In this document: piece after piece, positions 56,179 to 64,000 of the stretch
Position numbering within the stretch: the first letter of the stretch is position 1
Layout: each line of letters opens with the position of its first letter
From: Adineta vaga
Taxonomy: Eukaryota > Animalia > Rotifera
NCBI GenBank assembly: GCA_021613535.1
Contig: CP075492.1
Coordinates: 20,150,001 to 20,214,000 of the forward strand
Direction of reading: 5' to 3'
DNA length: 64,000 nt
The notes under the pieces: model-generated
Seen by the model: the letters and a program-made list of their open reading frames with translations, nothing else
What the model was told of the DNA's origin: nothing
Databases searched by the model: none
Position numbers and translations under genes: made by a program

Positions 56179-56755
56179 TTTCAGTATCTAAATAAAATAA
56201 TAAATCAATATTCTTCTCATCCTCATCTTCACTTCAATGTCTCCTTTTTTCCACATAAAAAGTTTTGTAAATATATTACCTTTTCTGATGGTTAGCTTGT
56301 CGATGTCTAAAACACTTTAGTTAGTATGAATTTAAATAAATAGAAAGTCGTAGTATTTATATATTCTTCACCTAATGTAGTTGTATACTTTGTAAAAACC
56401 AGCGTATTACTCATGGTTAGGGATTTATCCCTGAACGTGAGAGAAGGGAAAGAAAAAGAAATAATGTTCGATGCGGTTCTTTATTCGTAAATCAAACACA
56501 AGTTACATCGAGAGAGAGAGAGAGAGAGAAAGAAAAGAGAGAAGACGAAAGGAAGAGACCGACCACAAGATGGAAATTCACACATGTTTATATACAGAGA
56601 GAAAGACAAAGCGGTAGACGAGATGATATCTAATGATATCATCTTACAATGGATAAAGAGAAACACGACTGAGAGAAGAAAAAGATAGAATAGTCCAAGG
56701 GTTTCGTCCCGTAACACTCATTAAGAATAAATTGTTCCCAACAATGTATCATTAA

Positions 56756-56961
56756 CCCTCATCCTACCACCTATGGAACACTCAGGTTTTCGTCGCATGG
56801 GGTCTGTCCGAACTCCAGGTCAGTTTTGAATTAAAGATAAAGTAAGGTCCACATGAACATATACAGTAGGTATGAGGAACATGTGCGGGATATTATTATA
56901 AATAGAATTAAAAGAGTGAGTTCTTCTTATAGCATCCTCTCACGATTTTTATTCTTTATTT

Positions 56962-56992
<31 letters not shown>

Positions 56993-57167
56993 TTATTATT
57001 ATTGCTATTATTATTATTATTATTATTATTGCTATTATTATTATTATTATTATTATTGCTATTATTATTATTATTATTATTATTGCTATTATTATTATTA
57101 TTATTATTATTGCTATTATTATTATTATTATTATTATTGCTATTATTATTATTATTATTATTATTGC

Positions 57168-57246
<79 letters not shown>

Positions 57247-58416
57247 TGCTATTATTATTATTATTATTATTATTGCTATTATTATTATTATTATTATTAT
57301 TGCTATTATTATTATTATTATTATTATTGCTATTATTATTATTATTATTATTATTGCTATTATTATTATTATTATTATTATTGCTATTATTATTATTATT
57401 ATTATTATTGCTATTATTATTATTATTATTATTATTGCTATTATTATTATTATTATTATTATCAACATCATCATCATCATCATCATCATCATCATGAAAT
57501 GAACCTAAGCAAGTGCTACAAATTATCTTATGATGATTTGAACAGCGAGGAAAATTGCGTGTTGTGAGAAGGAAATGGTTACGGCATGAGCTATGTATCG
57601 ATGTGAGAGTATCAGGTGTATATATATATATCTAATCAATACATTGAGGTTATTTTCCCAAGAAAACTCGGGATCGAACGACGTGAAAAATCCCAGGAAA
57701 CATATTTCACTATAAAAAAAACGAAGAAATCATCAGAAGAATATGCTCAACGTATACAACGAAGAACGATAGGAAAATCCGAAAAGTATATCAATGACCG
57801 GAGAGAAGAATGCAATGACGTCAGTGGAAAGTGACACAGGTACATGTGCATGAAGTGAATCGAATCTATGTTAGCTGCCGCTCGACAAAATTTGTTCTTG
57901 TTGCAAATATATATGTCAACTTGTGGTAACATAAAAAACAAGTGTAGATTGAAAACAAACTAGCTAATTGAACTTGTCTCTCACAGTCTTACAATGTGTT
58001 TTGCGAAGAAACACAATACTGCAGAAAACTCTGACGAGATGATAGCAGGCCAAGTTGATGTCGCTTTCGGATCTTCTCAATATAATACTAGAATCTCCAT
58101 CATATCGTCTTCGTATGAATGAGTCTATTGAAGATCAAATTCAGATGACATCGTGTTGACACGAGGTATATACATATAACTCTATTCTATGGGGTCCGCC
58201 TGAACCCCAAACGGCGAAAACACGATGGTTGATATTCCGACCTATTTCAGCTAATTAATTCTGTTTGAATTGAAGAAACTAATACTATCGAAAGATTATG
58301 TTAACTCTCTACAATGCATATCTAGAAGGGTAGAGATATATCGATTACTCTGAGAAAATTAAATGGAGTCATAAGTGCTCTGGGGTCTGTTCGGACCCCA
58401 GGTGGTAGGATGAGGG
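56756..58416. mobile_element. Non-autonomous piggyBac derivative carrying a compound microsatellite
   Basis: TTAA at 56752-55 and 58417-20. 17-bp TIR CCCTCATCCTACCACCT. Three GGGGTCYG..CC subterminal motifs. Confidence 0.9.
56960..57495. repeat. Compound trinucleotide microsatellite (TCT)n-[(TAT)8TGC]n-(CAT)n
   Basis: Read directly. 27-bp higher-order period with one phase shift near 57246. Confidence 0.98.
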
Positions 58417-58616
58417 TTAAGAACATAATAATTAACAGAAAGAAAAAAAAGAAATATCATAATGTTCTTTAAATCTAGACATTATAAGTAAATACTATTT
58501 TTGATCTTTTATTTTCTTAGTTATCAATCTTCTTCAAAAGTTAAGAAGTAATCAAACTATGTTCTGTAATTATATAATTAAAAGTCAAAATAATGTCACA
58601 TTTAGTTAATTAATAT

Positions 58617-59394
58617 CTATGATTTCACTAAATATTTAACCATTTTACGCCAATCGTATCTACCAGGATATCTTGCACTTACAAAGAACACATGATCTAC
58701 TCTTTTAAGACCAAGTTCGTTTATTTCTTTGTCAATTTGCTTGTGTAGTTTTGGTTTTTCTTCTTCAGAGACCATGTCATAGTGATTGACCACAATAGCA
58801 TAGTGTAATTTAATATCACCCATTAATTTCATTAGACTTGAATTTTCTTTCACTGTATGTTTAATAATAATAAGACGTCGTTGAAGTCCTTTCAAGAAGG
58901 ATATATATTGCATAGACATATACGACACTTCATCATTTGCGCCAGGCACATCCCAAATAACAAAACCGATACGCTCATATGGTGTCAGTTTGGTCGTTGT
59001 TTCACTGTAGCCGGTTTCAGCTACATTTTCTCCAAGAAGACTGTTGAGCATAGTCGATTTGCCTGTTGATGTTAAACCGAAAAGAGCAATATGATTGCCT
59101 GTCATTTCGATTGGTTTAACTTCTCTAGATAATTCAGTAATAGTATCGGCCACTTTTGGTTTTGTTTGAGTTAGACTTTCATATGAGTTGGTTTGTATTT
59201 CTCTCAGTCTTGTCATAATGTCTGGGTCACGATTCAGTATCGCTTCATGCTCTGTAGCATATTTTGGTCAGATACTTTAAAAGATTTTGAATTAAATAAC
59301 CTAGAATAACACATCAAACTATAATATTTTGTAAAGTTTTAGTATACTCAACTTTCAAAGCTACATTTTATCGAAAATTTCCGTTACTTGCCAT
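58617..59394 (-). CDS. IRG/IIGP- or Era-like P-loop GTPase, paralogue 1 (possible +1 frameshift at 59262-59265)
   Basis: G1 GLTSTGKST, ETT, G3 WDVPG, G4 NHYD. Putative micro-exon 59388-59394 (ATGGCAA), intron 59301-59387, exon 2 from 59300. Confidence 0.8.
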
Positions 59395-59802
59395 GGTTTT
59401 TGAAACAAAAGAAAAACACACTAAGACAAGTCACATCTATTTTATGATGTAGAATGAAGTTCTTTTGTGAAACACAAACTGAAAAGAATGTAGAAATGTA
59501 TGGAGAAGAAATTTTGAACTCAACACTGCCTTCCTCTTCCCACAGACGAAACAGACAATATTAATTAGTGTTTAACTAATATTTAACAAATTTTCATTGG
59601 TGGTTAATAAATATCAAGCTAATAATAAAAAATGAAATGGAATTATGAGCGCAGACCGCTATCGACAAGACTTTAGCCACATATGTAGTATTTGCTGCGG
59701 AACTACTATAAAAAATGGCTCACGTTAAGAGAAACACTATTGATGACCTTTCGAAATTTATCGTAATCTTTTATAATATCTTGTCTATAATCACGAATAT
59801 AT

Positions 59803-61152
59803 ACAAGTAACGCTCGTCAGAAGACTCGCTCAGCTCTTTCTCGTAGAAACGCATCTTCTAAATATAATCATTGAAGAAACGTTTAGAGGAACAGATCTCT
59901 CTCCATGTAATCAACTTAGTACAGACTCGTCTAACGATCAGCAGTGCACATCGTCATAATGAATTACTTTTCACTCTTAACCTTAGTGGTCGCAACTAGG
60001 CTTGGAACAACTGTCAATCGTGTTGATACTGAATAGCCATTCTAATGCAACTGTCTGAGAGCGTTTCATTCCCTACTACCACTTTTCTACATATTTCGTA
60101 TGTGACCTCCATTTTTAGAGTACTGCTGAGCCTTTGCTAATAGCGCGGGTTCAGACACTTTTAGTTGGTTTCCTCAACCAGACTCTCGCCTCTCCTTAAT
60201 GAAGACGCCTGTCCAAGGTAGTGACTAATATTTGAGCATGCTTTTCGGGGCGCTGTATGAGATTCGACTTCCCAACATTCAGAAACCCCAAAATATGCAC
60301 TTTTTCCATAAGTTAATTCTGATTGGCTGTTCGCAGTTGCCCTTAGCAACTGCTTGGGCTGTGCATCATGCGACCAGTTCGACCTCGGATTCAGGTTCCC
60401 CGCATCGAGAAACCTCAGAGAATGTACTTTTTCCAAAACTCGATTCTGATCGGCTGTTCACAGTTGTCCCTAGCAACACCCTTAGCAACGGGTCATGCAG
60501 TCAGCCGGACATCGGATTTGAGTTTCTCGCATCGCAAAACCTCGAAATAAGCACTTTTCTCAAAGCTCGATTCTGATTGGCTGTTCTCGGTTGTCCTTGG
60601 CAACCGCTCAAGCCGTGAGTCATGTGACCAGCCCGACCTCGAATTTGAGTTACGTGTATTGAAAAAACCCAGAATATGCATTTTTTCATGACTCGATTCT
60701 GATTGGCTGTTCAAGTTGTCCCTAGCAACCGCTCAGCACGTGAGTCATGTGACCATCCCGACCTCGAATTCGAGTTTTCCGCATCGAGAGATCCCTATGC
60801 ACTTCTCTCAAAGCTCGATTCTCATTGGCTGTCCATGGTTACCCTTAATAACGGCCTCACGATGGGTCACGTGACCTTTTTGACCTCAAATTCGAACTCC
60901 TCGCATAGAGAAACCTCAGAAAATGCACTTTTCCCAAAACTCGATTCTGATTGGCTGTTCGCGGTTGCCTCTAGCAATGGGTCACGTGATCCATCGGACC
61001 TCGGATTCGAACTCCCCGCATCGGAAAACCCTAGGTGATATCCTTTCCTGAAAATCTAATTTCGATGTTTTTTTGACCCTGCGGACACACAAACAAGCAA
61101 GCAAGCAAACAATTTATGGTTACTGGACTCTTCTCTACGAGAAAGAGAATAA
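59803..61152 (+). mobile_element. HINE/DINE-1-like element 3 with a ~120-bp tandem array (~60240-61030)
   Basis: 5' AGTAACGCTCGTC..AGACTCGCT shared with element 1. Subterminal IR CTCTTTCTCGTAGA (59834) / TCTACGAGAAAGAG (61134). (CAAG)n microsatellite and about six CTCGATTCTGATTGGCTGTTC units. Confidence 0.72.
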
Positions 61153-62766
61153 CTATAATTTAGGAATCATAAGTAGAAGCAGCAGTTTCAGAACCCTTTG
61201 GTTTACTAGATATGTGCGTTGATCGTCTTTCACATTATAATCTCATAAGGGTCGCGCTAAAAGCTTGTCAACCCACTATTATTAATCACGAAAAACTTTG
61301 CTCATAGCAACTGCAAAGTATGTAAATTGTGTCTTATTCTTATCTTAGTTCAATCGGACCAAAAAACATATTCGAGCTGGGAAATATCTATGTAGATCAT
61401 CAAATGGCCAGTTTGGTTTTCTTATAGTACTAAATAATAATAAGTAAAACAAGGAAAGCTGACTTGTCCAGTAGAACAGTTTCGTATATTAGAGTTTAAA
61501 AATAGTCTTTTTATATAATATTTTGTGTAGACAATTGAAATCAGATGATCGGATATTGTTATAGAGAATATCACAGTGTATCTTTTGATAAAAAGTTATT
61601 TTGCAAAGATTAATTATAAATGTGAAATTAATAAAAATATTGAGAAGCTCACCTTTTATGAGCGACTCATTAACTCATAAGAAATTGAGCATTTTGTTAG
61701 TTAGAATTACTATAGATACATGTTGAAGATACGCATAGATATGATTCAGGAGTATTTCTGTTCTGTTGAAAGACAGCAAAGTTTTTGAGACCGAGCACAG
61801 CAGTCGAGTTTACTCATAGAAGTCTATCAATAGATCTGTTCTCTACTATCAAAAATGATTCTATTGTGTTTCATATTTTATTTTCACAAACTTCACTTCA
61901 AACTTGTAATAGAAATTTCATAATAAATCTAGTACAAAACAAATACGTAGTTTATCTCAGAAAGTTTTCAGCTATTTTAGTTTCCTCGTTTTCATGATAA
62001 AGACCATTTAACTACTTACCTGACTTTTCGGTAGCAATCTCGACCAAATTTTCAATAGTTCTATCGAGCCATGGAATGGTTGTGCCAGTCATAGTGAATA
62101 GTATAGTAAAACGAATAAGCAATAGATTATGATTGCTTTAAACGATAAATTCATTTACATATAAACGCATATTCTTAGGAAAATGTCATGTTCTAATTGG
62201 TATTTTCCCGACAAAATGATTATGAAAATTTTATAACTCATCAATGGATTTCTCCATCTGACTCATTTTGCAAGAGTAATCCAATAGAAAATAAAAGAAG
62301 GATTTCTTTCTTGTTGTTTTTGTCAAACACCCTGCATAATGTAGCTCTGACTCAAAGGAATGAGCGCTAAAGAGAGAACAAATTGCAATGAAAATGTGCA
62401 ATTATTCATCCAATGATTACCAAAAACAAATACATCGAATCAATATCTATTGATATTCGTCATTGATGCGATTGACAAAAAGGAAAAAAACAACAAATAT
62501 CGTTTATGTCATAAAGCATGGATTGCATCACAAATGATGATAACAAAAATGCAAGGCCTCGAGGAAACATCCAATATCTTTCTATTGTTTATTTAAGTAG
62601 AGACCAACAAGAAGCCATCGAATTTACCTAAATGCATTTGTATATCCGAGTTTTGAAAAAAGAAAATTCCAATCAATATTGTGCCTATTTATACCAATCG
62701 TTAATCTGATTATAACCAAGCAAAATCAACTAACTGCTATTTCTAATTATACAATCCAACTACAAT

Positions 62767-63915
62767 ATGACTCAAGCTTCGACTACATGGGCTGATGTAG
62801 AATATGCAAAAGCAAGAGAACCTATAATGGCACGACAACGTAAGCAAGTAAACTTTCTTAATTTTAGATCATTTTAGTCATAGAATCAGATTTTAAATCA
62901 CTTGTACTTAAACGAGTTTTCTTCATAGTTAAGGAGAGACGTGAGGATATATTCTTCGTTCTTAAATTTGATTACATTGAAGGAACTAAATCGATTCTAT
63001 AATGCAGCTGACTCATTTGATGCAACACTATTATCAAATATGAAAAATAATAAGTGAGAAAAAATTGCATGATTTTTTTTCCTCCTTATTCAATGTATAA
63101 TCAAGAGTATAGTTGCATTTTGATAAAGTATGATATATGAAAAATGTAAACGTAGAAGAAATATTCTAAATTTTCCAGAAAAATGTTCGCAATAAAAACA
63201 AATTCTATTTTGTTCATTATTCTTCATAGGTCCCGATCAAGCTGATATGGTTGAGAAAATACTCGTAGAATTGCATCGGTATTATCATCAACATAGTGAT
63301 TTACTTCAAGATTTTGAACGTTTTAATGATAATATCAAAAGAATGAATATCGCTTGTTTCGAGACTCTTGCTGCAGAAGATAAGGGTTTAACAGATACTC
63401 TCATTGAATTAGCAAAGAAAACTGAACCGGTTGTATTGCCAGACAATAGCTTTGCTTTCTTCGGTTTGACATCAACCGGCAAGTCAAGTATACTCAATGG
63501 GATTCTACGAAAACAAGTAGCTGAAACAGGTTACGGTGAAACGACAACAGAAATAAGACCATATTACGGTACAAATTTTTTCATTTGGGATATTCCCGGT
63601 AAAAATGATGAGGTATCATATATGACAATATCATCTATATCATTCTGGAAGGGGCTAAAAGAACGTCTCATTGTTATTGAATCGACATTGAAGGAAAATT
63701 GCAGCATGATGAAATTAATGGATGCTATTGGATTACATTATGATATTGTAGTCAACAAGTTTGATATCATCAATCCAGAGCAACAACAAAAACTTCGTCA
63801 AAAAATCCAGGATGAAATAGTCGCACTCGGTTTGAAAAGAGTCGATCATGTATTTTTCATTAGTGCACATTATCCAGACAAGTTTCCTGACTGGGAAAAA
63901 TGGTTAATTATTTGA
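62767..63915 (+). CDS. IRG/IIGP- or Era-like P-loop GTPase, paralogue 2; exons 62767-62839 and 63230-63915
   Basis: G1 GLTSTGKSS, AETGYGETT, G3 WDIPG, G4 NKFD. The phase-1 GTAAG donor and CATAG acceptor join in frame. Confidence 0.87.
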
Positions 63916-64000
63916 CAAATCTAAGCAAATAAACATAAGTGTTTTCATTTTAATGTATTCCCTTTTTTTGCAATACATTTTTGAAAAATAAAAAGAACTC

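Larger units (their letters stand above)
39951..56672 (-). repeat. Right arm of outer inverted duplication (14.7 kb plus a 2.06 kb piggyBac insertion)
   Basis: Mirror ORFs 42340- vs 12936+, 40648- vs 14832+ and 47108- vs 10342+. Confidence 0.95.
48634..56672. repeat. Inner palindrome 2: arms 48634-52514 and 52797-56672, 282-bp spacer 52515-52796 (reverse complement of spacer 1)
   Basis: Mirror ORFs 49138+/55987- and 51345-/53771+. The spacer ORF at 52645+ equals the one at 4950-. Confidence 0.97.

Noticed and set aside
56853-57502. Long poly-Y/L/I/N ORFs
   Set aside because: Translations of a trinucleotide microsatellite.
60161-61038. Overlapping ORFs on both strands
   Set aside because: Products of the ~120-bp GC-richer tandem array within HINE-like element 3.

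Overview
AT-rich eukaryotic DNA with short GT-AG introns. The transposon mix and gene types suggest an invertebrate, probably a bdelloid rotifer; this is inference and was not verified. The window is dominated by a nested palindrome. A ~14.7 kb block (1120-15779) is repeated in inverted orientation at 39951-56672 around a ~24 kb transposon-dense spacer. Each block is itself a palindrome with a 282-bp spacer (5008-5289 and 52515-52796). This gives four copies of a ~3.9 kb unit carrying two paralogous small secreted CX3C-type cysteine peptide genes (8 genes in total), three copies of a dead Tc4/Tc5-like (pogo/DDE_1) element, and two copies of a spliced dual-specificity phosphatase gene. The outer-arm boundaries fall at DNA-transposon ends. 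The Tc4/Tc5-like element has mismatched TNA flanks, and its empty CTGAG target survives in the fourth arm. The window also holds five piggyBac elements, a degenerate Helitron/Helentron RepHel, a MULE, three HINE/DINE-1-like elements, several MITEs and a poly(A)-tailed insertion. The right end has two divergent IRG/Era-like GTPase paralogues. Homopolymer indels suggest some frameshifts are sequencing errors. All family assignments come from motif recognition; no searches were run.
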